DNA of 64,000 nucleotides from positions 1 through 64,000 of the IMG/VR virus record IMGVR_UViG_3300047157_000243; one strand, 5' to 3'. Shown piece after piece: positions 43,951-54,428 of this stretch (position 1 is the stretch's first letter; every line of letters starts with the position of its first letter). The notes under the pieces are model-generated. The model made no database searches. It was given only the letters and a program-made list of their open reading frames with translations, and had not been told where the DNA came from. The position numbers were made by a program, and so were the translations under genes. This stretch comes from a virus.

Positions 43951-45879
43951 ATGAAATATAAAAATCTAAAAAATAAGTTTTGCTTTCATCACAAAGAAGA
44001 TAATAAAGAGCTTTACTTTTGCTCATGTGGCAAAAAAATAGACAATAACAATAACGAAGCAAATCCAGAAGAAATAGTTATGTCTGTAAATTCTAAAGAG
44101 CATGACGTAGACATAATGTCTAGATTTGATGATGTGGTTAATGTTGTTTGTCCTAAGTGTAAAAAAGATTATTCTAAACAAAAAAATTTACAATTTATAG
44201 TTGAGTCTAATAAGAATTTTTTTAGTGAGTTTTTATTTGAAAACAATGAAGAACTTTCTCTGCTTAGAAGAGTAAAAGTAAAATCATCATGCACAAGCAA
44301 ATCTAGATATGTAAGATTTAAAGATTCTGAATCATATATATCTGTTAATAAGAAAACTAAAAAATTATTTTATAAAAGTTATTCTAGTAAAAAAGAAATA
44401 GAATTTAGCTTAGATTCTATTATTCATGTTTTAAAAGAGTTTTATTTTGACAAAGAAGAATTGAATATAGTAGGCAATTTAATATCTGTACATAGATTTA
44501 TAAGTGAGGTGGCAAGTATTGTTGTAGACTCTAATAATATGGATATTGTTGAAGGTTTAATGAATCAAATGATTGGAAGGCCTGGAGTGGATGTTTTGTA
44601 TAAGATTAACTCTATATTTTTTGGGATAATTTGTTACTCAAACTTGTCAACAATAGCGCTAACCAAAGGCACTGTGTTTTTATTTGACATGATGAACAAT
44701 TGCAACATGCCTAACATTTCTACTTTATCTGATAGTGGGGTTACATCTCCTTTGAAAATATTTAATTTTTTAGTATCATTAGAGAATGAAAAAGCTCAAA
44801 AGGAAATAGAGTCAGAAAAAGAAGAAGATTCTGAATTTATATATAAAACCAAAGACAATAAACTTCACAATTTAAAATTTGACTTAAAAAGGTGGGGATT
44901 TGGCAACTCTAAGAAGAGTGCCATTGTTAAATCTGAAGGTAAAATAAATGTAAGAGAAGATTTAAAGGTGAAGTCTGTTTCAAAATTCATTTTTAATAAA
45001 ATAGATAAATTTAATGATTACAAAAGGTTGATTAGGTTTACAAAGTTTTTATCTTATGAAGAATTGGTTTCTCTAGTAATGAATTATGACATTCAATTTA
45101 TTGTCAACCTTTTTGATTTGATTGAATTTAGAGAAGACATAAACTCAGATAGTCTTAAGCAGATTATTCCTTTGACATTAGACTGGCTTGAAAATGGAAG
45201 AACTTCTTACACCTTTTCTTCAATTAGTTCAGATAGATTAGCTTCTAAAAATGGAGGTATTGAATTAAGAGAAGATGTTAAAGTTAATTATGCAGCAGTA
45301 TCTGCTTTTAGCTTTTATGAATATGATGATTGTGTAAGAATGATAAATGCTTTAGAATGGGACAGAAATAAAGAATTCAACAAAATAAAAAAAGTAAATG
45401 AATTAAAAGAATATCATGACAAATTAGTTAATCACTTTAATTTGCTAAGTGATAAAGCTAAAAACGAAAGGTTTGTTCAGTTTGCAAAAAAGTTTAAATA
45501 CCTAGAAGAATATGATGGAGATTATAAATTAACTCTTCTGTCTCAGCCAAAATTAGTTTTAGATGCCGCAAAAGACATGAAAAACTGTGCAGGCTCATAT
45601 GTCACAAGAATAAGTAGAGGTCAATATTTGCTATTGTTAGCAAATGACAAATCTGAAGAAAGGAACATTGATGAAAAGTCTAGATTTATGCTAGGTCTTA
45701 ACGTGTCAAATGAAGGGCTTATATTTGAACAATTTAAAGGTGATTGCAATTTCCCAGCCTCTAACAGACAAAGAGAGATGATGAAGCTATATTTAGAAGA
45801 CAAAGATATATCTTATAAAGATGTAGGAGATTTGAGAATAACTAGAGTTGAGGGTGAAAAGCCTGAATTATTTTTATGA
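43951..45879 (+). CDS. PcfJ-domain protein with N-terminal zinc ribbon
   Basis: CSCG...CPKC; LKEYHD.L ... MKNCAGSY...I..G ... Q.KG.CN. Confidence 0.7.
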   Translation: MKYKNLKNKFCFHHKEDNKELYFCSCGKKIDNNNNEANPEEIVMSVNSKEHDVDIMSRFDDVVNVVCPKCKKDYSKQKNLQFIVESNKNFFSEFLFENNEELSLLRRVKVKSSCTSKSRYVRFKDSESYISVNKKTKKLFYKSYSSKKEIEFSLDSIIHVLKEFYFDKEELNIVGNLISVHRFISEVASIVVDSNNMDIVEGLMNQMIGRPGVDVLYKINSIFFGIICYSNLSTIALTKGTVFLFDMMNNCNMPNISTLSDSGVTSPLKIFNFLVSLENEKAQKEIESEKEEDSEFIYKTKDNKLHNLKFDLKRWGFGNSKKSAIVKSEGKINVREDLKVKSVSKFIFNKIDKFNDYKRLIRFTKFLSYEELVSLVMNYDIQFIVNLFDLIEFREDINSDSLKQIIPLTLDWLENGRTSYTFSSISSDRLASKNGGIELREDVKVNYAAVSAFSFYEYDDCVRMINALEWDRNKEFNKIKKVNELKEYHDKLVNHFNLLSDKAKNERFVQFAKKFKYLEEYDGDYKLTLLSQPKLVLDAAKDMKNCAGSYVTRISRGQYLLLLANDKSEERNIDEKSRFMLGLNVSNEGLIFEQFKGDCNFPASNRQREMMKLYLEDKDISYKDVGDLRITRVEGEKPELFL

Positions 45880-46623
45880 TATAAATCTTGATTTTAACAC
45901 ATTATAGTTATGTTCAATTTCTGAATCTGACAAAGCTTTACCATATAATGTAATTGGCCCTATTTTTCCGCCAAAAAATCCATACCCCATCGAATTCCCT
46001 ATGTCTAATTTGTTTATAGTAATATCGCTATTATTAGTTCTTGTAGTCGATTCACATAGCTGACCATTATAGTAAATGGATTGTTTTAATGGTTCTACTA
46101 CAAAAGTTGCATTATGCCATGTATCGTAATAGTTTGGATTTATTTGACCTGGCAATTGTGTGTTTGTGGTTCCATTACTGGATTTAGTTCGAAGAGATAG
46201 TTGGTGAGCAAAACTATGGTGATTGCCAATAGAAAAACAAGCAAATTCAGTAGAATGCCATGCTCCCGTATTGCCTAAGTTCCTGAAGTGAGTATCTGTT
46301 GATGAAGGTCTATACCAAATGGAGTAAGTTAAATGTGACAGCGTAACACTTGTATTCAACCTGATGAAGTCATTCATTCCATCTAGATTCAAGGCGCCTT
46401 TGTTTTCCTCTGAAAACATTGTTCCATTACGCAATTCAGCATAAGCGGAACTTGGAGTAGAAATGCTCATTGGACCAGAACTGGCAATATTATTTGATGG
46501 CTTATATGCTCTAGATAAGCTGTTAATTTTTTGACTCACATCAATGTAAGACTTACTATTGCCTGCATCAAAACAGTCTATTAAACCATCTGTGATTAAT
46601 TTATTACTTTTATTTACGCTCAT
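45874..46623 (-). CDS. LamG/concanavalin A-like virion protein
   Basis: I.DGL...FDAGN.KSY; LDG.ND.I; WHN..F; YYNG; LY.KALS..EI..NYN....RF. Confidence 0.8.
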   Translation of the reverse strand: MSVNKSNKLITDGLIDCFDAGNSKSYIDVSQKINSLSRAYKPSNNIASSGPMSISTPSSAYAELRNGTMFSEENKGALNLDGMNDFIRLNTSVTLSHLTYSIWYRPSSTDTHFRNLGNTGAWHSTEFACFSIGNHHSFAHQLSLRTKSSNGTTNTQLPGQINPNYYDTWHNATFVVEPLKQSIYYNGQLCESTTRTNNSDITINKLDIGNSMGYGFFGGKIGPITLYGKALSDSEIEHNYNVLKSRFIS

Positions 46624-46632
46624 ATTATAAGT

Positions 46633-46896
46633 TTAAACATTTTCTTCTGAGCTTGTCCATTCCCTGCTAGTCATTATTTTCACCATTTCACTATGACTAT
46701 ATGGACCTTCTTTTGTCTGTAAGTCATTAATTGAGTCTGGTATTTTAGCACCTTCCCATTTGACGAATGTTTTTTGTTCATCAATGGATTTTCTAATTGT
46801 TTCTTGAGAATCTTCCATTACTTGACTAAAGTCAACAGAATTAATTTCAGACATATTAAAAATAATATAATTTCTATCTTCTACTTTTCTTATCAT
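46633..46896 (-). CDS. Conserved small phage protein of tail-fibre clusters
   Basis: VDFSQV.E.S..T.RKS.D..KTFVKW.G..P...GPY.H.E......EW. Confidence 0.65.
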   Translation of the reverse strand: MIRKVEDRNYIIFNMSEINSVDFSQVMEDSQETIRKSIDEQKTFVKWEGAKIPDSINDLQTKEGPYSHSEMVKIMTSREWTSSEENV

Positions 46897-46957
46897 AATT
46901 TATTGTTTTTGTTTATGTTCATATTTCTAACTTAATTTAGGGCTTAACCATTTCCTG

Positions 46958-47263
46958 TTATTCATTTGAATTTATATTGTTAGGTTGATAATTATTTGAA
47001 GGCCCTTGAAACTTTTCTGATTCAGTCTCTACCGCTTCTTTATAATAGCCTTCTCCTGCAATATTATCTAAATAAATTTCTAACTCATCTTCAGTGATAA
47101 AAGCTAAAATATTAGGTTGCCCTGTTGATAGTTCAAATTCATTAATTGCACCTACATAACCAAACACAATAAACCCTGCTTCACCTGCGTCATTGTCGTA
47201 AACTAAAAACCATCTGTTAGGATTTGTTTTAGTTATTTCATTTATACTATTCTTTAAAGCCAT
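46958..47263 (-). CDS. Hypothetical protein
   Basis: ORF in the fibre operon. Confidence 0.6.
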   Translation of the reverse strand: MALKNSINEITKTNPNRWFLVYDNDAGEAGFIVFGYVGAINEFELSTGQPNILAFITEDELEIYLDNIAGEGYYKEAVETESEKFQGPSNNYQPNNINSNE

Positions 47264-47272
47264 AGTTCATTT

Positions 47273-49339
47273 TTATATTTGTCCACCATCTGTTATAGTC
47301 CAACCTCTACTAACCATATTTGCTCTTGCCGTTGCAGGTGCTCCAGCATTATATTGTGCAGTTAGAGTGCTTAAAACAACATTGCTTGTTCCGTAGGCAT
47401 CCCAAGCAACTAATAATAAATCATAATTTGCTGTCCCAAAACCACTGTCTGTAAACATAAAAGTTGCAGTTCCTAAACTTGTAATGTCTAAACCGCTAAT
47501 ATCTTGGTCAAACACATACGCGTTATTAAACATGTAGGTCATACTAGTAACATTTGAAGTGCTTGAAATAGTTATGGGTGAATTTAACACAAAACAATTT
47601 CTAAACATTTGAGTCATTGTAGTTACGTTTGTTCCTATAAAATTAATTGTTTGGTCAAAAAGCCTACAATTATAAAACATACTTTGAAATGTTGTTGAAC
47701 TACTTGTATTAAAATTTATTGGTTGATTAAATACAAGACAACCACTAAACATATTTCTAAAAGTAGTAACATTTGAAGTATCTGTAAGTGTTACCGCAGA
47801 ATCAAAAGCTTGACAATTCAAGAACATAGAACTTGTACTATTTAATGAACTTGTATCAAATGTTAATGGTTGATTAAAATTAGTACAACCGTTAAACATA
47901 TCACTCATTGAAGTAACATTACTTGTATCGCTAAATGTTATAGAGCTATTTAAACTACTACAGTTTTGAAACATATTTAGACACAGAGTTAGGTTGGGAG
48001 TAGACCAATTAATTGTTTGATTAAAACTACCACAATTTTGAAACATTAAATAAAAGGTAGTTGCACCGCTTGTATCAAAATTAACGGGTTGATTAAAATT
48101 AGTACAACTTCTAAACATTTGTTGCCAAACTGAAACATTACTACTATTGTTTAAAGTTACAAGTGAATTAAAGTTTGTACAATTATAAAACATTTCTTGT
48201 ACAGAGGTACAATTAGTAGTGTCAAATGTGATAGGTTGATTAAAGCTACTACAATTACGAAACATTCTAAACATAATAGTAACATTGCCTGTATTTGTAA
48301 AATTTAAAGGTGAATTAAAATTTGTACACGCGTAAAACATATCATAAAAAGTACCGTTACTTGCACAATCAAAATTAAGTGTTTGATTAAAATTTGTGCA
48401 ATATGCAAACATAGTTTGCATATTGGTAACACTTGAAGTATCAAAGTTCAAAGGTTGGTTAAAATTAGTGTTATTTCTAAACATTGCCAGCATAGTAGTG
48501 ACGTTAGAAGTATCACTAAATGTAATTGGAGAATTAAGATTTGTATTATATTCAAACATTGAATTCATGCTTGTAACATTATCTGTGTCAAAAGTTACTG
48601 GTTGATTAAAATTAGTACATCTACTGAACATTCTAAACATGTTAGTTACACTTGAGGTATCAAAATTAACGGGTTTATTAAATACAGGACACCTTTCAAA
48701 CATTCTATCCATAGTAGTAACATTTGAAGTATCATCAATACTTACATTTCCATTAAATAAATCACAATTAGTAAACATTTGATAAGTTGATAAAACATTT
48801 GAAGAATTTGTAATTGTTATATCTGAATTTAAAGAATCACATAGACCAAATGTTTGTTGCAACGTAGTACATAATGGTACATCAATAGTTACAGGTGAAT
48901 TAAATAATGTGCAATTATAGAACATTGTATTCATTCCATTAATTTCTGAAAAATCTGGATTATCAGAGTAGTTACCTACCATATTTATGCAATTTCTAAA
49001 TGAACCTGTACCACTCTGCCACTTATTATCCCCCCAATTATCAATAGAAATTAATTTTTCAGAATCATTTTGATAAAACTTTAAAGAATCAAAACTCCCA
49101 TCTAAACTAACTTGGTAAGTACCGCTTGTAGCATATACATGAGTTAATTCTGCTTGGTCATATGCTGTAATAACATCTGAACTTCCATCACCCCAATCAA
49201 CAGTAAGGTTAACAGAACTTGAAGTTGCAAAAGCTAATTCAAAAGATTGATTGTTAGTGACACCAGGTTTTGTAGTGTCAATAGTCATTTTAAACAAAGG
49301 AGACGGCGGCCCTACTCTAGGTCCTATTACAGCACTCAT
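47273..49339 (-). CDS. BspA/DUF285-type repeat surface protein with PKD-like N-terminus
   Basis: TVDWGDG; about 20 repeats of DTS.VT.M..MF.NC..FNQP. Confidence 0.88.
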   Translation of the reverse strand: MSAVIGPRVGPPSPLFKMTIDTTKPGVTNNQSFELAFATSSSVNLTVDWGDGSSDVITAYDQAELTHVYATSGTYQVSLDGSFDSLKFYQNDSEKLISIDNWGDNKWQSGTGSFRNCINMVGNYSDNPDFSEINGMNTMFYNCTLFNSPVTIDVPLCTTLQQTFGLCDSLNSDITITNSSNVLSTYQMFTNCDLFNGNVSIDDTSNVTTMDRMFERCPVFNKPVNFDTSSVTNMFRMFSRCTNFNQPVTFDTDNVTSMNSMFEYNTNLNSPITFSDTSNVTTMLAMFRNNTNFNQPLNFDTSSVTNMQTMFAYCTNFNQTLNFDCASNGTFYDMFYACTNFNSPLNFTNTGNVTIMFRMFRNCSSFNQPITFDTTNCTSVQEMFYNCTNFNSLVTLNNSSNVSVWQQMFRSCTNFNQPVNFDTSGATTFYLMFQNCGSFNQTINWSTPNLTLCLNMFQNCSSLNSSITFSDTSNVTSMSDMFNGCTNFNQPLTFDTSSLNSTSSMFLNCQAFDSAVTLTDTSNVTTFRNMFSGCLVFNQPINFNTSSSTTFQSMFYNCRLFDQTINFIGTNVTTMTQMFRNCFVLNSPITISSTSNVTSMTYMFNNAYVFDQDISGLDITSLGTATFMFTDSGFGTANYDLLLVAWDAYGTSNVVLSTLTAQYNAGAPATARANMVSRGWTITDGGQI

Positions 49340-49340
49340 T

Positions 49341-49811
49341 TTAAGAGGTTGTTATTTTTGAACGCGAATCAGGACTTGTTATATTGATAGAGATTTGGTC
49401 TAACCTTACAAGTCTAACAGTAATTAAGCAACCTCTTAAGTATCTGCTTTCATTGACAGTAACTATAGACCCATTTCTTATCTCTAAATTACCATCAGAA
49501 CATGACGCCAATCCGTAAAAGGTAACCCCAGACACTCTTGGTCTAAAATCTAAAAAAGCACCAGTCAAAGTTCCGGGAGAATCACTTATATAAAACGTAT
49601 ATGTATTACCAATCAGATTTGCAGAAGTATCAAATCTAAAAGACAGTTCATTGCCTGATTGTAGATTAACATCAAACCAAGTATCTGACAAATAGTTTTT
49701 GCCTATATCTATGCTACCATTTCCAGAAATTGAATTTACTTCCTTTTTGCCAGAAACAATTCCTTCCGATATCACTCCTCCCCTAAAAATTGTTTTACCC
49801 TTTGTGTTCAT
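49341..49811 (-). CDS. Hypothetical structural protein
   Basis: ORF in the fibre operon. Confidence 0.55.
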   Translation of the reverse strand: MNTKGKTIFRGGVISEGIVSGKKEVNSISGNGSIDIGKNYLSDTWFDVNLQSGNELSFRFDTSANLIGNTYTFYISDSPGTLTGAFLDFRPRVSGVTFYGLASCSDGNLEIRNGSIVTVNESRYLRGCLITVRLVRLDQISINITSPDSRSKITTS

Positions 49812-49828
49812 ATTGATAAATTTTAATA

Positions 49829-50833
49829 TTATTTAAATCTTTCTTTTATTGCATTGTAATTTCTTAACACTTCGTCAGCATTTATTGCTCTATCATACAT
49901 CATTATTGAAGCAACTTGACCATTAATGGTATCAGAAAAGCTACTACCTCCTCTGCCTATAAAAAGAAGACCAGTGCTTGGATTATCCATCCAAGATGAA
50001 TTTAGCCAAGGAGTGTCAGCCGATAAACTAGACTTAACCAATTCTCCATTTATATACCATTTTCTATTTCCTTCAGTAAGCAACTTGCCTTCATCAGTGT
50101 ATGTGACTAAGTTCCACTCATTTGGTTCATTATCAGCTCTACTTATAGAATAAACCCCTTTAGTTTCATTGTTAGATAGAAATGCAGAAAAATTAGTCCC
50201 TAAAGTCATTCCCCATCTACTATTAGACGAACCAGCCACCCTGTATCTAAAATAAGCATCGTCCACAGGAGAAGTTCCTCCTAAATCAGAGCCTAAAATA
50301 AGTATAGTGTCACCACTTAAACTATTATGAGGTTGACTTAATGCTTTTACACTTGTAACAGTACCGCCAGAATCTATTGTTATTGTAAAGTTTGGTACCG
50401 TTCTAGCTCCATTTGTAACATTAGTCCCTGGTATATTTGAATAAATACCTTGAGAATAGCTAGTACCAGTTAATGGGGTATAGTCTAAAGTGTAATCTCT
50501 AGAGCCAGCAAACATGGCAACACCACCAGGGCCAGTAGTTCCTGATTTTATCCATGCAGAAAATGTAAAATCGCTTGGTTTATAATTTACAAAAGGCTGT
50601 CTTCTAACACCAGAGGTGAATTTCATATGGTCATCTGTTCCATCTACTTTTATAGATTTGTAATCTGATGAAATGCTTAATCCATTTTCTAAAGTAAACT
50701 CCCCTCCCTTTATAAGCTCGCTAGCTGTACCAGCACTGGCCGAAAAACTTCTGTCCCTACATTTAGGATTAAGTGTGTCTAAATAAAAACATAGACCATC
50801 TGTTACGATTTTAGGCGAATAAGAAAAGCTCAT
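49829..50833 (-). CDS. LamG/concanavalin A-like virion protein with inserted beta-rich segment
   Basis: PKIVTDGL..YLD; DG.DD; FTFSAWIK; YING; YDRA....EV.RNYNA.K.RF. Confidence 0.8.
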   Translation of the reverse strand: MSFSYSPKIVTDGLCFYLDTLNPKCRDRSFSASAGTASELIKGGEFTLENGLSISSDYKSIKVDGTDDHMKFTSGVRRQPFVNYKPSDFTFSAWIKSGTTGPGGVAMFAGSRDYTLDYTPLTGTSYSQGIYSNIPGTNVTNGARTVPNFTITIDSGGTVTSVKALSQPHNSLSGDTILILGSDLGGTSPVDDAYFRYRVAGSSNSRWGMTLGTNFSAFLSNNETKGVYSISRADNEPNEWNLVTYTDEGKLLTEGNRKWYINGELVKSSLSADTPWLNSSWMDNPSTGLLFIGRGGSSFSDTINGQVASIMMYDRAINADEVLRNYNAIKERFK

Positions 50834-50835
50834 AA

Positions 50836-53800
50836 TTATATACTTTTTATTATAGTTTTAATGTCCCAACTTTCAGCGCCTGTAATTGTAGCTGTTAAAT
50901 CTGCAGTGTTTCCTGTGGAAATAACTACACTCATAGTTACTGCAGTAGTTGAACCATTTATGTCATTAGTACTAACATCTGAATAGTCCACACTAGAACC
51001 ACTCCAAATAGATGAAATATTACCAGCTCTAGCACCACCTGAAGATGTTCCCACTATTGTATAATCATAAAAACCTCCTGTGTATGCACTTGTTGGTATA
51101 GAATATAAAACATTAGCACCAGTAGTTACTGTCGAATACGAACTTGTATTTAATGATGGAGATATATTATCACCCATCAGTATAGTGTTGTCAGAATAAA
51201 CCTCTAATACAGGCAGGCCTGATATGTCATTTACAGCGAATAATTGACCATCTAAATTGTCTGTTACAGTAAAAAGTTCTCCACTTGAGCCTTGAACACT
51301 AAATATAGGACTTGTATCTCCTGAGCCATATATGGTAAGTGCTGGGAGTGTTGTCCCTGAAATTGTTCCTCCCGTTAGCGGCAAGAAATCTCCGCCACCA
51401 CCAGCAGAACCTGTAACTACATTTCCACCAGAATCTATACCTAAATTATTAACGGATGTTCCTGTAGCTAAACTGTTTATGTTTAAATAAGGAACATAAA
51501 CTGTGTCATCAGTTGTTCCTGTAATATTTTGCCCACCTAAAACGGCACTTCTTACACCCGTAACCAAAGAGTCGGTAGAGTGTATAAAAGAAGTTAGGCC
51601 AGAAGCTATAGAGTTTCTACCAGCGGCATGAGTATAATTTCCAGAAGCTATTGTTTGGCTGTTTTGCGAGTGACTAAATGAACCAACAGATGTCGTTTGT
51701 CCCCCTTCAGCGTGAGAATATCCTGAAGCGAATGTTGTAAAACCTTCTGCATGAGAAGCAAACCCAGAAGCTGTAGTGCTTTCACCTTCTGCATGCGAAC
51801 CTAGACCACTTGCCACAGTAAATCTACCTTCAGCATGAGACCCCTGTCCAGAAGCTAAAGTGCTTAGACCCTCAGAGTGTGAAGAGTATGTTATTGCAGA
51901 TGTTGGCTGTGACAACGAGCCCTTACCAGTAAAATAAATACCCCCTTCAGCATGTGATGCTTCTCCGCTTGCTAAATTGTTATTACCTTCAGCGTGAGAA
52001 TAATCTCCGCTTGCTGTTGTTTGAGAACCTTCAGCGTGAGAATAGTCTCCACTAGCTACAGTATTATTGTTTTGAGCATGAGCCCCTCTACCAGAGGCTG
52101 TAGAAAGTTCACCTTCAGCATGAGAACCTGTACCTAAAGAAATTGAGCCAATACCCTCAGCGTGAGAAGTGTCGCCAGATGCTATCGTATTAGTACCTTC
52201 AGCATGTGATAGGCCACCACTCGCAGTAGTATTCCCTCCTTCAGCATGAGATGAAACGCCTGATGCAGTATTTGGGATAGTACCTTTTCCATCAAATCCA
52301 CCTTCAACATGAGAAGCGTGTCCACTAGCTATATTCGAAATTCCTTCAGCATGAGAATAGTCTCCACTTGCTGTTGTTTGAAAGCCTTCCGAGTGAGAAA
52401 CGACACCAAGAGACGTTGTCTGAAAACCTTCAGCATGAGAAGTGTCACCAGAAGCTACTGTAAGCTCTCCTTCAGCGTGACTGGCACTCCCGTAAGTAAT
52501 TGAGTCATTCCCTTCTGCGTGAGAGTTGGTTCCAAAAGTCTTAGTTCCAGTACCTTCAGCATGAGAATTGTTTGCAACGGCTGTGGTAAAAAATCCTTCA
52601 GCGTGAGCAGTTGCACCACTAGCTCTAGTGTTTGCCCCTTCTGCATGTGAAGCGAGTCCTGCAGCAATGTTAATATACCCCTTCCCTGGAAAACCTCCTT
52701 CAGCATGAGAAGCCTCTCCTACAGCTTGATTTCCAAATCCTGAAGCAAAAGAATAGTTACCTGTCGCATCTACACCTGAAGTATTTATGGCTTTTATAGA
52801 AAAAGAACCTGTTGAGCCTGTTGTGAAAACAGTCGTACCAGTTCCTCCGCCACCACCAGCAGAACCTGTAACTACATTTCCACCAGAATCTATACCTAAG
52901 TTATTAACAGATGTTCCTGTAGCTAAGCTGTTTATGTTTAAATAAGGAACATAAACTGTGTCATCAGTTGTTCCTGTAATGTTTTGCCCTCCTAAAATAG
53001 CACTTCTTTGACCAGTAACTAAAGAGTTTGTTGAATGTACAAAAGAAGTGGAACCAGATGCAATAGAGTCAGAACCTCCCGCATGCGAAAATGAACCGCT
53101 TGATATTGTTTCAAAACCTTCTGCATGTGAAGCTAGTCCACTAGCTGTTGAGCTATAACCTTCTGCATGAGCGGCATCATTACTAGCCGTTGTATCAAAA
53201 CCTTCCGTATGAGACGCTGTACCTGTAGATGTTGTATTAAAGCCTTCTGAATGAGAAGATGTACCGCTTGCTATTGTATTTAAACCTTCCGCATGAGAGT
53301 CGGCTCCACTTGCCACAGTACCAAATCCTTCAGAGTGAGAATCTTCACCACTAGACGTTGTGTTCCATCCTTCAGCATGAGCATAATCTCCACTTGCAAC
53401 CGTAAACAATCCTTGCGCATGAGAATCTTCACCAGATGCTGTTGTAAAATATCCTTCAGCATGAGCTTCCGCTCCAATGGCAGAAGTTCCCCATCCTTCA
53501 GCATGAGATTCACCACCCCCAGCAACTGTAACACGACCTTCTGCGTGTGCAGAGCTTCCACTTGCTAATGTCTGCCTACCTTCAGCATGAGAAGCTGGTC
53601 CAGAGGATATAGTCGTTGCACCTTCTGCGTGTGCATAATTTCCTGAAGCCGAAGTACTACCACCTTCAGCGTGTGAATAAGAACCACTAGCAACTGTGAA
53701 AAACCCTTCTGAGTGGTCACCAACATTAAGTGCTTTAGTGGATTGTCCCTCAGCGTGAGAATAGTTCCCAGCAGCCAAAGTGCCTACGCCTTCAGCGTGA

Positions 53801-54330
53801 GACGAAAAAGTTGTAGCAGATGTTGGGTCTGAAAATTTACCATTAAAACCACCTTCAGCGTGAGATGCTGTTCCGCTAGCTAAATTATCGTAACCTGAAG
53901 CGAATGCATAATCACCTGTTGCATCTATTGCAGTATCATTTAAGGCTTTTATTGAAAATAAGCCAGTTGAACCAGATGTGAAAACTGAAGTAGAGCCAGT
54001 TAAATAATCTAATAAAGGAGTATCTCCAATAAAGTATGTGTCTCCTGAAATAGTTGACCCACTTATGTTTTCAGCAGTAATACCTGTAAGATTTATACTT
54101 CCATTTAAATTAACTTCATAAGTTGATATTCCTAAAGTGGAGCCAGAAACAACATTTATGTTTGAACCTCCATCTGTGATTGAATGCCCACTTAAAATGC
54201 CATGTATGGCATCTCCAAAAACATCTTCGATAAGCTCAAAGTTGTCATTTATTTTAACTCTACCCTCGTTGGGCGTATCCGAAGGGAGTATATCTTTTAT
54301 TGTTGTTGTACCTGTAAAAAAATGTGACAC
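50836..54330 (-). CDS. Long tail fibre with YadA-head-like 14-aa (SHAEG..T.ASG) repeats
   Basis: Dozens of SHAEG repeats in two blocks; N-terminal SDTPNEGRVKINDNF shared with other fibres. Confidence 0.85.
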   Translation of the reverse strand: MSHFFTGTTTIKDILPSDTPNEGRVKINDNFELIEDVFGDAIHGILSGHSITDGGSNINVVSGSTLGISTYEVNLNGSINLTGITAENISGSTISGDTYFIGDTPLLDYLTGSTSVFTSGSTGLFSIKALNDTAIDATGDYAFASGYDNLASGTASHAEGGFNGKFSDPTSATTFSSHAEGVGTLAAGNYSHAEGQSTKALNVGDHSEGFFTVASGSYSHAEGGSTSASGNYAHAEGATTISSGPASHAEGRQTLASGSSAHAEGRVTVAGGGESHAEGWGTSAIGAEAHAEGYFTTASGEDSHAQGLFTVASGDYAHAEGWNTTSSGEDSHSEGFGTVASGADSHAEGLNTIASGTSSHSEGFNTTSTGTASHTEGFDTTASNDAAHAEGYSSTASGLASHAEGFETISSGSFSHAGGSDSIASGSTSFVHSTNSLVTGQRSAILGGQNITGTTDDTVYVPYLNINSLATGTSVNNLGIDSGGNVVTGSAGGGGGTGTTVFTTGSTGSFSIKAINTSGVDATGNYSFASGFGNQAVGEASHAEGGFPGKGYINIAAGLASHAEGANTRASGATAHAEGFFTTAVANNSHAEGTGTKTFGTNSHAEGNDSITYGSASHAEGELTVASGDTSHAEGFQTTSLGVVSHSEGFQTTASGDYSHAEGISNIASGHASHVEGGFDGKGTIPNTASGVSSHAEGGNTTASGGLSHAEGTNTIASGDTSHAEGIGSISLGTGSHAEGELSTASGRGAHAQNNNTVASGDYSHAEGSQTTASGDYSHAEGNNNLASGEASHAEGGIYFTGKGSLSQPTSAITYSSHSEGLSTLASGQGSHAEGRFTVASGLGSHAEGESTTASGFASHAEGFTTFASGYSHAEGGQTTSVGSFSHSQNSQTIASGNYTHAAGRNSIASGLTSFIHSTDSLVTGVRSAVLGGQNITGTTDDTVYVPYLNINSLATGTSVNNLGIDSGGNVVTGSAGGGGDFLPLTGGTISGTTLPALTIYGSGDTSPIFSVQGSSGELFTVTDNLDGQLFAVNDISGLPVLEVYSDNTILMGDNISPSLNTSSYSTVTTGANVLYSIPTSAYTGGFYDYTIVGTSSGGARAGNISSIWSGSSVDYSDVSTNDINGSTTAVTMSVVISTGNTADLTATITGAESWDIKTIIKSI
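51391..52996. repeat. About 150-bp near-identical direct repeat (51391-51541 and 52846-52996) inside the fibre gene
   Basis: Both encode LGGQNITGTTDDTVYVPYLNINSLATGTSVNNLGIDSGGNVVTGSAGGGG with about 5 synonymous differences. Confidence 0.9.
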
Positions 54331-54428
54331 TATTATATAATTTTATTTCTTTAATAAATAGAGATTAAAAACTCTTATAAAGTCAAAATACTATTTACAC
54401 AAAAGCTTTTTTTCTTTTAATTTGTTTT

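Noticed and set aside
51391-52996. DGR template/variable repeat pair
   Set aside because: Both copies lie in frame in one gene, the differences are synonymous and not adenine-specific, and there is no reverse transcriptase in the window.
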